From Vicugna vicugna (taxonomy: Eukaryota): DNA of 64,000 nucleotides. The notes under the pieces were generated by a model. The model was not told where the DNA came from. It ran no database searches and worked only from the letters and a program-made list of their open reading frames with translations. The DNA is taken from contig MU058844.1 in NCBI GenBank assembly GCA_013265495.1, positions 7,501,260 through 7,565,259 on the forward strand. The letters run 5' to 3'. The position numbers were made by a program, and so were the translations under genes. This document shows, in pieces, positions 36,285 to 49,955 of the stretch. How positions within the stretch are numbered: position 1 is the stretch's first letter; each line of letters starts with the position of its first letter.

Positions 36285-36826
36285 AGATAGTCAATACTTT
36301 TGTATCACGGGTAGCAGAAACCAACTCAAATTTCCTTACAGATGAAAAGTGGGAAGTTATTGCTCACGTTATTTGTTCCAGCAGTACAAAATGATGTCAT
36401 CAGAAGTCTAGTTCCTTTGCTCATTTCCTGACACCATTGTACTCCCTGTTGGCTACATTCTCAGTCTGGTTCTAGCTGTGAGATGACAGAAGCTCCTGGT
36501 CCCCCCATCCTTACATCATCTTTAATGTCCGTAATTCTAGATGGAGGAGAGTGTCATTTCCACGAATTCCAGTGTGACACTTTGGAGGGCTTTCAGTGGC
36601 CTGTGTCAGGCCACATGCCCAACCCAACCAATCAGTATTGCCATAGGGACCGGGGTATTTTCATTCAGCAGATCCAATGTCTAGGTTATCTATTCATCTC
36701 AGAGACAGGATCAAGAAGAGTTAATCTGAAACTCAAGGAATGGTGCTCCCATAGTAAAGAAGAATTCTGGTTATAGAAGAAGGGGAGAGAGACTTGGGTC
36801 AGGCAAAATGACAATGGTCCAAGACA
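36285..36826 (-). mobile_element. Old MaLR LTR (MLT1K-like)
   Basis: GTAGCAGAAACCAACTCAAA..TTATTGCTCACGT..GGCTACATTCTCAG..GGCCACATGCCCA..AACCAATCA..AGAAGAAGGGG..GGGTCAGGCAAAA. Confidence 0.7.
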
Positions 36827-37149
36827 GTTACAAATTAAACTACAACACTAGGGAACTGTGTGGTTATTCCGAAATGAATATTTGAGTTACTAAATTTAAA
36901 GTGTTACTCACTGTATATTTCCAAGAAATCTATGAGATATGTATAAACATATCTTTCTACAGACGGGCCACTGAGGAACAGGAAAATAAGAGATGTTACT
37001 AAGGAAGTTAAATAAGTCATATTGTAAAATAAAAATAATATAGTAGGAGCCAGATATTATAGCTGTTATTACTAGCTGTGTTACCTTAACTATGCCATAT
37101 ATTCTTTTAAGATCTTAGGTTTCACATTTTAAAAAATTGAGATAAGGAT

Positions 37150-37810
37150 GTACGAGTGTACACACATACTTTAAAGAAAAATAATAAAGCAAGCACCCCT
37201 GTTACACCACTCAGTTTAACAATGAAAATGCCCTTCACTTAGAACCCCCTGAATTGCCTTTTATTCCATCTGCATCCCTTTTGGTTCAGAAAAATGAGCA
37301 CTCTGTATTTTGTGTTACTCATTTTCTTATTTTTTTCTTTTTTCATAAACACACACAAATACAAATACTCTACACATTCCCAACTTTTCTATTGCCAAAA
37401 TGCTTTTCTTAAAGTCCTTTAGGAATAGGTAAGTGGACATGGGATTACTCTTGATTCACATATACATGGACAGTAGCCTTTGAGGTCCTGGCTTTCTTGA
37501 CGGGGGGATGTAGGTATCTCCTGTTAGGCTCCCCATCATGGGAAAACCTAGGACTTTAGGTTCTGTTTCTGTGTCTTATGAGATCACAGCACACTATTAT
37601 CATGATTGGAAAATATCTTTAGAGAAAAATTGGGCTTCCATGCTCCACTTGCTTCTCTGAGTAATTTTATACCAAGATTTTGGTTCTTCAGTTTCTGTTA
37701 TCTTAATTCTTTGAAGCTTTTAAAATAATTTATTAAAATATTTTCATTAGCATGTTAATTGATTTCAGAGGGAGGAGCAATCTGAATAGGAACTATGATT
37801 GCCGAAAACA
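37150..37810 (-). mobile_element. Old L1ME-type pieces (3'-end segment plus 5'-end-like segment)
   Basis: AATAATAAAGCAAGCACCCCTGTTACACCACTCAGTTTAA (3' end) and TTAATTGATTTCAGAGGGAGGAGCAATCTGAATA..TTGCCGAAAACAG (5'-end-like). Confidence 0.5.
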
Positions 37811-38264
37811 GGGTGACAACTTTTTGCATTTTCAGTGTCTCAGTGTAGAGTGGCTTGGTAGGGCTCCAACTCTGTAACCGTGTGACTTGGTGATTGGGGG
37901 AATCCAAACCCTGGCTGCCTCTTCCCTCCTCTTAGCTCCAGGAGAGAGTACATAGAATTTCTGAGGAAGTCTCTTCTCTTGTTCTAGTAGTAGCAAACAA
38001 AAAATATGTTGACACCTTTGCTTGGTAACTTGGAAATTTCCCATAATCACTTGTGATAGAAATTCCTATACTTCAGAGAGCATCTTCTCTACAAGCAGAA
38101 TTATATGACAGAATATGGGTGGTGTTTGGCTGATGAATAGTAACCACAAAAATCTGTTACCAAAATGTGAAAGGTCTTACAGTACTAACTAAATTCAAAA
38201 TCATGTTGTTATATTTTTGCTGGTTTTATACTTTTAAGCTATGCATTATAGTTTAGCAATACAT

Positions 38265-38451
38265 GTATTTTTTTTTTGAGTAAAGGTAGATTTATTTAGA
38301 GAGATACATACTTCATTAGAATGCAGGCTGTTTCAGAAGGCAAGAGAAAGGCCACGAGGTGTTGGGGTTGGGTGCTTAGGTTAAAGTAAAATGAGTTACA
38401 CACACTCCACAGACAGAATATGGGCCATCCTACTCAGAAGGGAGAGCAGCC
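38265..38451 (-). mobile_element. Poly(A)-tailed, TSD-flanked retroposed element derived from an ERV1-type LTR (R-region-like)
   Basis: T10 tail at 38268-38277. Minus-strand AATAAA (TTTATT at 38291-38296) lies 13 nt from the tail. TSD TAGTTTAGCAATACAT (38249-38264) / TAGTTTAGCAGTATGT (38452-38467). Body holds two related sub-repeats (ACACACTCCACAGACAGAATATGGGCCATC..CAGAAGG). Confidence 0.75.
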
Positions 38452-38734
38452 TAGTTTAGCAGTATGTAAATCTCATTCAGTTCTTCCTTAGAAGGAATTT
38501 TACATGTTAGCTATTGGATAAAATATTTGCTGATTATTCCCTGTAGAAGTTTGCGTGGTGCTTGTGTTCTTGTTGTATGTTGGGTTTGGGGCGATAAATA
38601 TGAACCAACTTCAAATTAATATCATTAGATATATTTTACAACAGTCTCTGATATTGAATATCTGAGATAGTTTTATACACTGGCATGCAATTTTATGATG
38701 TTTTGCATTAACATCCTACACTATAATAATATTG

Positions 38735-39177
38735 GACTTTATTTGACAGCTTTTGCCACAAAAAGGCTCTGTAACAAATAACCTTTGACTTTCAGTGGCT
38801 GATGTAACTGCAGATTTATTTCTTACTCACATTTTATGTCAGTGCCTGTGGGTTAGGTACTGACTCTTGTCCAAGTTCAATGTCAGACGTAGGTCTGCTC
38901 CAGTATGTCCTCTAATTCCAAGACCAGCGTGATGCAGCACCCCACAGGAGAAGGGATGTTTTCATGGGAAAGTAGAGGAGTACAACAGGGGCATAGAAAC
39001 TCGCCGTATCACTCACCGCTTTTACTAAAAATTGGCACCTTGCCACTTCTGTCCACATTGCACCAACCAAAGCAAACCCTATGACAAAGTGGCCCATGAT
39101 TGGGTTGAGAAGGATGTTCTCCACATGAAGTGTGGCAAGAGGAGAGTGGAGATTTGCAAATAAGAAAATCTACCTCA
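38735..39177 (-). mobile_element. Old MaLR LTR (MLT1H/I-like)
   Basis: CAGCTTTTGCCACAA..TGTAACAAATAACC..TCAGTGGCT..ATTTATTTCTTACTCAC..AGGTCTGCTCCA..TGCCACTTCTGTCCACATT..CCAAAGCAAA. Confidence 0.75.
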
Positions 39178-39199
39178 AGGACAGTTTGGTTATTGTTTT

Positions 39200-42100
39200 T
39201 GTGTTTTTGTTAATTGTGAAATAGTTCTAACAGAAATAAAACTATAGAAAATAACAGAAACCAATATACCATCCAACAAGTTTTATCAAAATTAAATATT
39301 TTTCCATATCTGCTACAGACATTATTTTTCAATAAACAAACTTTCCAGAGATGGTTGAAACCCCTTGTTTAACTCTTTACCATTCATTTCATTGTCCTCT
39401 CTTCTTTCCCAGTTAACCACTATCTTGAAATTCATGCTTCATTTTTTCATGCATGTGTACACATTGACTAGATATAAGTATATACTTAAGCAAGGAAGTA
39501 CAAATGTGAAATTTTTCATTGTAGAAATATTATATTTATAGCATTCTACAGATTGATTTTTTTATCCTAAAATATTTTCCACAATAATATGCATAGTTTT
39601 AGCTTCATTTTAGGTGCTGTATATTATTCTGTGAATAAGTGACAGTTGTTCAATACATTTAAACAGTGTTGAACATTTAAGATTTTCTATTTTTAAAATT
39701 GATTTTGCTTGATTTGCTTTATCTTTGCTATTATAAATGTTTTGATAAACATTTTTGTCCATGTCTTCTGGTGCAACTATGCATTATTAAAATATTATAT
39801 TTCAAGTGGATTTGTTAAGTCAAAGGACATGTACATCTTTATCTTTACTCATTACCACTAAATTATTATTTAATATGATGTTATCAGTTTGTCTCTACCA
39901 GCAGTTTATTACAGTTCATGTTTGTCCACATTCTAAACAATGTTTTGTTTTTTTTTTAATAAACAGGCTTTTAATTTAAAACATCCGTCATTTAACACTA
40001 TTATATTCTTCTGGTTTGCATTTCAAGTGAAGTTGAGCATCTTTCAATATATCTATTGGAATTTTAGATTTCCTCTTCTATGAATTGCCCATTAAATTAT
40101 TTGGATATTTTGTTAAATAGTTTGCAAATCTCTTATTTGAGTGAATTCCTGATGAATTTTAAATACTAATCTTGAAAATGTGTGACAATCCATAGTCTTT
40201 TTAGAGACTTAGGTTTCTTTTTTGTCACTAATTATATTTATTTAACTTATTCTCATTTATCAGTCCTTTGTATTACAGTCTGTGCTTTCTGAGTTTTGTT
40301 AAATAAAACTCTTCTATTCTAAAGTAACAGATTATTTTGTATTAAAGTTTCATTTTTCACCCATAGACCTTTCATCCATTTGCAATTTATGTTTGTACAG
40401 TATGAGATAAGAATTTACTGCCATTTTTCCTACATGTATCCATAATTATTCTACCATTATTCATATAACCCATTATTTTCTCATTGTTTTGGAAATCCAT
40501 CTCCCCCTTTACCTCTCACGTTCCCTCCTTCTCTCTCCTCCTCTGTCATGAGTCTGTTTCTGTATCCTCAATCTGATCCATAGTTCTATAGGTCACTATT
40601 TAAAAAAATACACACTTTCCTAATGACCATAATATTACAGCAACTTTAAAACTTGAGAAGTGTTAAAGAAAAAGAAAACTGTTGAAGTTTCATGGGCATT
40701 ATAGAGAGTTTAGAGAATACTCTGGAGAGAAGTGACTTTCCAATATATAATCTTACTATACATGAATGTAGTATAAATATCCTCAGTGTTTTTTCAAGTC
40801 TTTTTTTGGTGTCCAATGCATGTTTAAATACGTTTGTGTGCGTGTTTGTGTGTGAACAGGGGATATGTACAGGTATTTATGTTCTGTTATAAATTGGGTC
40901 TATTGTTTAATTAGACTTTACTGTATTGTAAGACATTTTTCCTTTCCCTGTATTTAAAAATCTTGTTGAAATTTTCATTTTATTTTCCTGCAGTCTCTTT
41001 TTTTTTTAAGTTTATTTATACTATTCCAAATACAGACTTTTCTTGTTCAATTTTTATAATTTTATTTTTCTTTTCTATCAACTTGATCAGAACTTCTATT
41101 ACAAAGTTGAATAAAAGTGGTGCTTTATTCTGAGTTTAAATAGTTGGCTTCTAAAACTTTAACATTAAATAGGATGATTGTTGTATGTTTGGGAACAGTA
41201 AATTTATCTAATTATACACATTACATTTATTCTTAGTTTGCAAAGACTTATTTTTTAAATTATGAATAAGGATTTGATTTTATCAAAGGAACTTTTTTGG
41301 CATTTTTAGATAGGGTTTTCTCCTTTATTTGTTAATATGCTAATTTTTATAAAATTTTCTGCTGTTGTTTGCCTTTAACATTGTTGAATATGGTCTACTT
41401 TTTAAAGTTACTGCTAGATTAATTTAAACAAATTATTACACAGCAGTTTATTTAGATTTTTTTTCATATAGTTTCATTAGTGGGATTGCTCTGTGGGTAC
41501 ATTTTCTTTTTGATTTGTTCTTTTCTGCTTGTTAGCAAAATTTAACTTGTAAAATTAGTTGGAACATTTTACTTCTTTTTCTATTCTTTGGAGAAACAAA
41601 ATGTATATAACTCTTGGGTAACTTTTAAATGGATTTTCTGCTCCTTGATGATACAGAAAAGTTCCTTGTAAAGTTGACTATGTCTGTTTTAGGGAGTAGG
41701 GTCTATGGAACATAGTTGAAAACGGATTTGATTTTTTTAATTGCTTTATTTAGATTTTCTGTATCATTTTGAACCAAGTTTGGTTATTTGTTTTTAGAAA
41801 AACATGTCTTTTATCTGATACCATAAAATATATATGTTTCATTTATGATTGTTTAATATCTACTTAATCTGTAGTTATAGACCTCTTTTCATTCCTATTG
41901 CTACTTTTTGGCCATTCCTCTTTTTCTTAATAATTTATAGTTTTTTGGTGTTAAAATTTTGTCCAAAATTGTTTCAAGTTTAATTTCTTTTGTTTCATTT
42001 CCAGTTTATTTTATTTCTTATTTAATCTTTGCCATTTTTTCTAATCAGAACATTTTCCTTCATTCTTTTCATAGATTTCGTGTAGAGCATATAATAGTTA

Positions 42101-42750
42101 TGTGATTTTATGCTATACATTTTGATCTTTAAAAGACTTTTCCCTTAAACCTACAAGTTTTTATGTTAAGAATCTTTAGTCTTATGTTTACCCTCCCAAA
42201 CTCATGGATCCTTTAGGGCACAATATACTGTACAGTTTTTTTATTTCTAATCAATGGTATCATGACCCAGGTATTTAAGGACTTTGTAGACTTAGTCATT
42301 GAGACAGTGTGCACCTTGGTTTAATTGTTGTCTCTTTGCTGACAAAGCCCCAGTCTTGTCACTGAAGTGGTGTTTTGTTTGTGTTCTGTTTATTCACTTT
42401 CTTTCATTGAGCAGGATTGGGCTCAAACCCAGTTCTAATGATTGAGTCTAGTTTTGAGGTCCTACTGACCAGGAGCCATTTTAGTCCTCTTACCCCACAG
42501 GATGGTTCAGATTTCTAGTTGCCACTTCATGCTTCCAGAAGTTGACCCTAGCAGGGCTATGGCAACAGCTTTGCTCTTTACTTTGCATTTCTGATCTTTT
42601 TTTTAAGTCCAGGGAGAAAAAAAAATCTTATTTTCAGGCCAGGTATGTCCTAATGGCTTTCCATTTCTATATTTTATTCCTCATTGCTTGTGTCTGGAAC
42701 AGATTATTTCTGATTAAGTATTAATTCACTGTATGTTATTGAACAGAAAT
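39200..42750 (-). mobile_element. Highly decayed L1ME-type element (3' end, ORF2 remnants, 5'-end-like terminus)
   Basis: 3' end AACTATAGAAAATAACA..; GAAGTTGAGCATCTTTCAATATATCTATTGG..TTCCTCTTCTATGAATTGCC; TTTATTCTTAGTTTGC; TTTATCAAAGG; TTCATTAGTGGGATTG. T-rich antisense composition throughout. Confidence 0.75.
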
Positions 42751-45700
42751 TTCACCCCTTCTCAAGATATACAGTTTTATGTAGCATGCCATGTTTTGAC
42801 ATTCAAAGATAATTAGCACCAAATAAAAAAATAAGTCTCTTCTTCAGCATGTTTTTTTAACATTTTCAAACACTTATCATAACCCAAATATGGTTCTCTC
42901 CTCAAAGAACTTAGGCTGTTGTTGTAAAAGAGAATTGAAAATAATTGAGAAAGTATATTATTAAAAAAAAAAAAAAAACTAGAGGTGAAACTAATATCCT
43001 TAAGGAACAGAAGATGCACCTAGTCTTCCAAGCCTGGAGAAAAGGCAGTGAAGGCAGGTACAACTGTAGAGGACAGCAATTTAAATGAGTTTCAGTTGGG
43101 CAGTTTCAGTTGATTGTTTCAGTGATGTGGAAGGTAACCAGTTGTAAGGGGTGAGGCAGCATAGGGAACGTGTGGGGATTAGAAAAGTTTCATCTAAAGA
43201 CGTAAAATTTACCCCTTCCTACAAATAGCTTATATTTGAGTGGAAAGAAAAAAGGCATTCACTGCATAATAAAGAGTATGAAGAGAAGCAGCACAGAGAA
43301 TAAATGTTTTATATGCAATTAAAAAAAAGACATACAATTTATGTGTTAAAACTATTTTTTAACGCTGAGTGCCAACAGACTAGTGATTCTTGAAATCAAG
43401 TATTTGAGAGGTGTTTACATGTAACAAGTATCAGGGAATTGGCGATCAGGATGCCTCCAATCTCTAGAATTGTATGCAGTTCTGTAATATCATTCAGAAG
43501 CCCAGATTTAGGAACACAGAAAATAGAATCACATAAATTAGAAGGTGTAACATTTTGTGAAACACAAAGACAAGAAGATCAGGATACACAATGTTAACAA
43601 GAGGTGACTGTAGTGTTGCATTTTGTTGTATAGGAAAGAAAAGCCATGGGGAAGGTGAGGAAGAAAAAATTGTTGTTCACTTCTATTTCTGTTTCCCATG
43701 CTCAATTTTGGGTTCTTTGTGATCGGAGTTATATTTCTTTTTGCTCTGTATCCACAGTGCCTTCTCTGACATACAATAGGATTCAGTAAGGGGTTGAGAT
43801 GAATATAATTTGTACAAAGATATTTTGACTTAAAAATTGGCAAATGAAAACTTACACAATTCACAGAAGGTAGCTCTTTGAACACTGAAAATGAATTAAA
43901 CCCCAGTATCCAGATTATTTTTCAGAACCAGGTATTTGCGAGGCAGTGGAAATTGCTTTCTGAAATAAGTCATGATGATTTCTATTTCTGGCAGAAGTCC
44001 ACTGACAGCCTAGAATTGCTCACCTGGATCTCTCCAAAACCATGTATTTTAAACTGTTTTTGGAGGTTTTTGAATAAAGGCATCAAAAGTAGAGAGGCTA
44101 ACATGCAAAAGAATGGCAGGATACATTGTGTTAATCTTTTTCATGTGTGAAATGTAATAGAGGTAGGAAGAAAGAATAGTCACTGATAATATTGAAAGAA
44201 AACCAAGTGAGAAACCTTAGTGTGGGCACATTTAAAATTCCTAAATATAAAAGCAAAGCAGTAACCCATCATGAAGTTAAGTTCATCTTTGTTCTGCTTC
44301 TGCTTTCAAATACAGCATGTGACGTGTTGTTCAGCAATAATATGAGACTCAAAAGAAACAGTGCTTGAAGCAAAGCTTTAAAATTTGCCCATTGAGATCT
44401 TTGTGTTTGCTAAGTTTTTTTTTTCTGGACATATTTTAGTAACATTGTACAATGCATCTAAAGGTAATATTTCCCTAATATGTAAAAAATAAATGAATCT
44501 ACCAAAAGGTAATTCCTTTATAGCATTAATAGAGAATTTTGTAACAAAAAAAATGAATTATATGGCTGCATTTCATTTTATTGCAGTAATTATAATGTTA
44601 AATTAACACAAGTTTATTCTATCTGATTAACAGCTCAAATTTATTGTCAGAATTCTAAAATTGTATAGTTGTAAAGATTAGGTAGACTTCTACATTAATG
44701 GTTAAAATATTCTGAAAAAATAGAATATATTTTTCTCTCCAAAATATCTTATTTTTATTTCTCTAGTAGTAAAGTTTTTGTTTCAGAAAGTGCTTTGTAA
44801 GAAATTTACAAGAAAGCAGTAACATAGGCATTATATATTATAGATATGTATCCATATTTGTGTATTTTATTTAAAGACAGATTTTATAGAATCATTAGAT
44901 ATTAAAAATAAGAATCCTTACAGATTGTAAGATTATCTAAAACAATTCCTTTACAAGCTAATGAAAGTCTCTGACAAAACATTGCAAGTACATCAATGTA
45001 TTTAAAAATTACTTGAATTTCCTGCCTATGCATCCAAATAGCAGTCAGTGTAAATTGTCTTCTGAAACAAAAATAGTTCTAAAAGAACAAAGCACTCCTA
45101 AATTCAGACTTAGGAGTTTGTTACTTTTTTTGTACTTACTATCAATGTAACAGAAGAAATAATCGTGTTTTGAATGTGACCAATTTGGTGTTCTGCCTTA
45201 GTAATGTTCCCAATGAGTTAAGGCTCCTTCAAAATGTTAATCTGAATTTCAAATAATTCTATCAGGCATTACTAGACTGGCACTCATCATTTTGTAAAAA
45301 TTCGTTCTAATTTAATTGGGGAAGGTGGTATTGACCGTAACTGGTCTTTGTTTTCAGCATTGTTCTCTCCCTTAGCTGACATGTGATTTCCAGGAAGTCA
45401 CTTAATTTATTTAAGTCTCAATCTTAGTTCTGTAAAGGAATGCATCTCATGACTTTCGGGAGATTATCAGTCATGTCAATAACGACTTCCTCCTCTGACT
45501 TCCTCTGTATTCCCAGTTCATTCATACTGGTGAGGTTTTATTATTTTAATCTTATAGAGAGGAGGTGTTGTCAGGACAGGGATTGACAAGGGGAGAAGAG
45601 GAGGACACAGTGTGTGTAAGAGCGTCTGCTCACTACCAGGTTCCTTGTGCTGGTTTCTGAACGAGGAGCAGTAGGTGTTAGGTATGTTCAGGGGCAGATC

Positions 45701-47189
45701 TATTAGAGCATTTACACTTTTTTTTAGATCTGGACACAGGAAAACTTGAGGCTTATGACAATGGACACAGAAGAGACCCTCCCCCCTCTACTTTGACATG
45801 CAAACCAGCACCGTTTTGGTACCTGGAAGAATAGAAAGTTGGGGACCATCGACATCCACAGCCTAGATGTCAGAATTCTCCTGATGGGCCTAGATGGTAA
45901 GGAAACTTCTTTAGCAGGCATGTCAGGCAGTGGATAGGAATCAGTGAGACCAGAGAAGAGTGAAGCACATCAGGGCAAAATCTTGAGTTGTGACATTAAG
46001 CATGAAGGTTTGTGGGTCTGTGTGTGGCGTCCATGGGGGATGTCCAAAAGTAATTCAGAATCCTCAAATCCAGAGAAATCGCTCTCTGCTCAGGCCCTGA
46101 TTGCATGTACGGTCAGAAGTCTGCCTTTCAGCACATCATACATGCTAATATTCTCCATTCAACAAGAATGTTAGCATCTGGAAAGCAGATTAGTTTCTTA
46201 AACGTTTATGTCCTTTAATATCTAGGAAAAGGGGAGACAAAAGTTACATAACTGATACATAAGTATGGATATATTTTAAGGTGGCAACAGTGAGATAATT
46301 TGTTTTTACAGAAGTGATATAGTGGCGAGCACCATACTGTATGCGTTAGGTTATGATTATTTTATTAACCTGAGGAGAAAGTTCAAGGAGGGGAATATAG
46401 GAAGATGTTTGTGAAGAGAACAATAACATTTGTACCTCAATCTAAAATCTAAAAAAATTACATGCCTGGCTCAGTCTGGCTGAGAATGTACACTCCTCCT
46501 GAGTTTGTCTTGGCAATATAGTGAGAAAAAGAAAGACCCTTCAAGATAGATGTTTGCGATGGAATTGGAAGTATTTCTGGATTAAGAGAAAGATGTTTTA
46601 GTCACAGCTTCAGCACTGCATTCACTGTTCTCAGATCCTTGACAATTTGCTTTCTCTCGTCATGTAAGATTTTGTTTGCATTGATAATTCATTCTTAATT
46701 TGAATGATTAGCTATGGTATGGGTCGTGGGCAGTGGTCAGTAGACCAGCAAGGCTTCAGGGCTCTTATTTTGACTGTGGCCTGAACTTTCTGCTTGATAT
46801 TAGACTAACTCAGAAAACACTGTTTCTCCAAGTGCAAAGTGACCAAACTATGTCAAGAAAAGGTGACAAAAAATAGTAACATGTTGACAAAAAATAGGAG
46901 ACAGACAACAACAGTGTGTTTCAAAAATGTTCATGCTCTTATGGACTACAAAAATATGTTGACTCCTTCCTTTTGAAGTTTTTTTTCTGAATTAAAAATT
47001 AGAAAAAGCAAAAACGAGTTGGTGTGAAACAAATGCCTCCAAGCCGCTGCTGGTCGGTTATTTGAAATTACACTTGTGTGTGCACGTATACCTTCCTCAT
47101 TCCCAGTTTTTGAAAATATGAAGAGAGAGCATACTTGCATATATGGGTCAGTTGAGATGTACTTCTTTTTGACTTCTCATCCCAGCACC

Positions 47190-47295
47190 TTTTAGAAAGT
47201 GAAGAGGAATAATGTCAATCAAGTTCACAGTTGCTTCCCCAGTGCCTAGAATTGTGCTTGGCATCACATAGTGGTTTAGAATGACTGAATGTTTG
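47190..47295 (+). mobile_element. L2 3' terminus
   Basis: GTTCACAGTTGCTTCCCCAGTGCCTAGAATTGTGCTTGGCA..GAATGACTGAATG. Confidence 0.7.
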
Positions 47296-49619
47296 AAGGC
47301 AGAACACGGAGCAGACTCCTGTACGGTGTGTATTCATTATATCTAGCAACTTTCTACAGTTTCCTTCCAATTTTTAAACTCAGTGCATTTCAAGGGAAAT
47401 TTAATTCATGTATTTCCAGTATATTTATGCTTAGTTTATTTAAATGGTATTTTGTGAGAGCTCTGTGAGGTGTCCCTGACTCAATATTATTAGAAAACAT
47501 AATTATTGTAAGTTGGCTTTCATGATAGATTTTGAGTCTATTTTAATGCTGAGGTAAACAGAACTATTCTATTTGAAAGCTGGGAGAAAGCTGAGGTCCT
47601 CTAGTCTAGCCGCATAATTTTGCAGCTGAAGCTGGAGGCCAGTGTCATTATGTAATATGTCTGCAATCATCAAGCTAATGGCAGTGCGGAGACTGGGGAC
47701 CCTTGTCCTCTTCCCCACTCCAGTGTTCCTTTCACTAACCAACACTATAGGCAAAGCTAGAAAGCTCTCATTCTAACCTATTTTCTGTTATCCTATTCAT
47801 TTTTCTGCATAAGCCAGAATCACTTAAATTTTTTTAAATGGTCTTCAACTAATGGACATCTCACCGAAGGCCATTTGGCTGAAGTGGTTCTTGCAGGCAA
47901 TCTTAAGTCAAATGCGCTGTCATCTTTATTACTGAACACTTGCAGACCCACTCAGATGGACACAACTTGATGCTTTACTCTGACTTTTTCCTCACTCTAA
48001 CTCAGTGAAGTTAGTTGTCTATCATCACCTTTTTTCCCTTCCTTTTTTTGCTAGAAGAAATTGAGAGTGGCTGGGGGAAGTTAAAGTGGCTTGTCTGAAG
48101 TCACCATTAGGAACTGGGAGGACTAGGGTATAGTTAATAGAGCCAGCTACTTTCAGAAGTGTTCGAGAAGTTTCCTTTGTGTAGCTAGCTTGGTCCTGAA
48201 GCCACAGGCCAAATATTTCACACCCTGGGTTGAGTGCAACCAGTTCCTTTAACTCTGTTCCAGGCCAGCCCTGCACAGGATGCGTGGGTGGCAGCTAATG
48301 CCATATTTATTGAGACCTGTTTGGGAATAATATATAACTTTTACACAGTTCGAATACAATGAGTGTTACAGAGTATCACATTCTAAGGTAAATTCATGAC
48401 TTTGCATTATTTTAAACAAAATTTGCTCACCTGCTTCAGTGTAAAGGAAATTTGAAATACTTTATAAACTGGTTATTGACTTCTTGGACCTCACAGAGCT
48501 CTTACAAAACACTATTTAAATAAACTAAGTGTAAATATACTAGAAACATATGAATTAAATTTCCCTTGAAATGCACTGGGTTTAAAAATTGGGAGGAAGA
48601 GTGCTTGGCCAAGATATTTTATGTTTTGCCAAACCCCAAATGTTTCAAAAAAAATAGTTTTAAAAGATTTTATTGAATCAAAATGCTACTGAGTATACAC
48701 ATTCCTTAAAAATCTGTATTTACTTATTGACTCATGAGCCATATTACACTGGTACAAATTAAGTGATCATGGGGCAACGTATCAAACTATTCAGAATATT
48801 AATGTAAAGTGCTTGATAATTTAGCAGCGGCCAGAGATTGGCAGAGCTGTCCAGAGTGTCCTCTGCTCAAGCTGATAGCTGGAGAACAGCACAGCCGTAG
48901 GATTATTTTCCAGAGAAGTAGCATCGAAAATTATTTTAGAGAACAAAAACTTGTTCCCAAACTTAATGACTCTGATAATTATAAAACTAGCTTTCATTGA
49001 ATAAAAGGGAAAGGAAACAATTTTAAGAATGTGACCTGGTCACAGCAGAACATTGATCACTCTGTGTGTGTGTCTGTAATTTACTCAAATTAGAACCAAA
49101 CACATCTTTTTTATGTAAATAATCAGCAGTTCTCAGCTTCCTTCATTGTATACGTCACAGTTTTATGTGGACTATAATGGGAAAAGATTTACAAAACTAG
49201 CTTCTGTAGCAGTGGGTGGGCATGATGACCTACCCAACTCGCTCCTCTGCTGGGTGATCCGTTAGAGCTTGGCTTCTCAGAATCTTAATGGGTTTATGGT
49301 CTTCTCGTGCCCACTTTTGAAACAGAATTACCCCGGAGTACCAGGTCGTTGCTGCCTAGTTCCTTGACAAGAATTGTTTGAAACTGTTGGTAGTTGGATT
49401 TACAGCTAGCTGGAAACAAGGCTTTCTGGGAAGAGGCTTTAGCCCGAGAGTCAGATGGGAAACGTCTGAGACATCTAAAACTGCAGGTGTAAACGGTCTG
49501 CAGTGTGAAAACAGTTGCCTGGCTCTTTTAGTCAGAAATCCATCAAAAAGTTCTCCATTTGTGACTCCTGGCTCTTTATGGGACACAGTACTTTCCCATG
49601 CCTACATCAGGGTACGTGC

Positions 49620-49955
49620 TAACATGTGCTTTTCCCAGCGCTGCTCTTAGCTAGCCACTTCTTTCTTCTTTCACTTTTCAGATTAAATTTTACCTCCCAA
49701 GGAAATAGTTGGATGACTCTAATCTTAAGCAGATCCTCAGTGGTCTCAGTTATCTTCTATTTTAGCTTCTTTTTTGTTTCTTTTATAGCATTTACTAGAA
49801 TTTTGAATTATTGTATTTGTTGCTGCAAAATTTTAAATTTACCTCCTTCAGCAGAGGAGTTCTGTGGTGAGAGGTAATGTCAGTCAAGTTCACAGTTGAC
49901 TCCTCAGTACCTACTGTTGAGCTTGGGCATTGAACACATACTTTTGAATGAATGG
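49620..49955 (+). mobile_element. L2 3' end
   Basis: CACTTCTTTCTTCTTTCAC..TACCTCCCAAGGAAA..TTTATAGCATTTACTAG..GTTCACAGTTGACTCCTCAGTACCTA..TTGAATGAATG. Confidence 0.7.
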
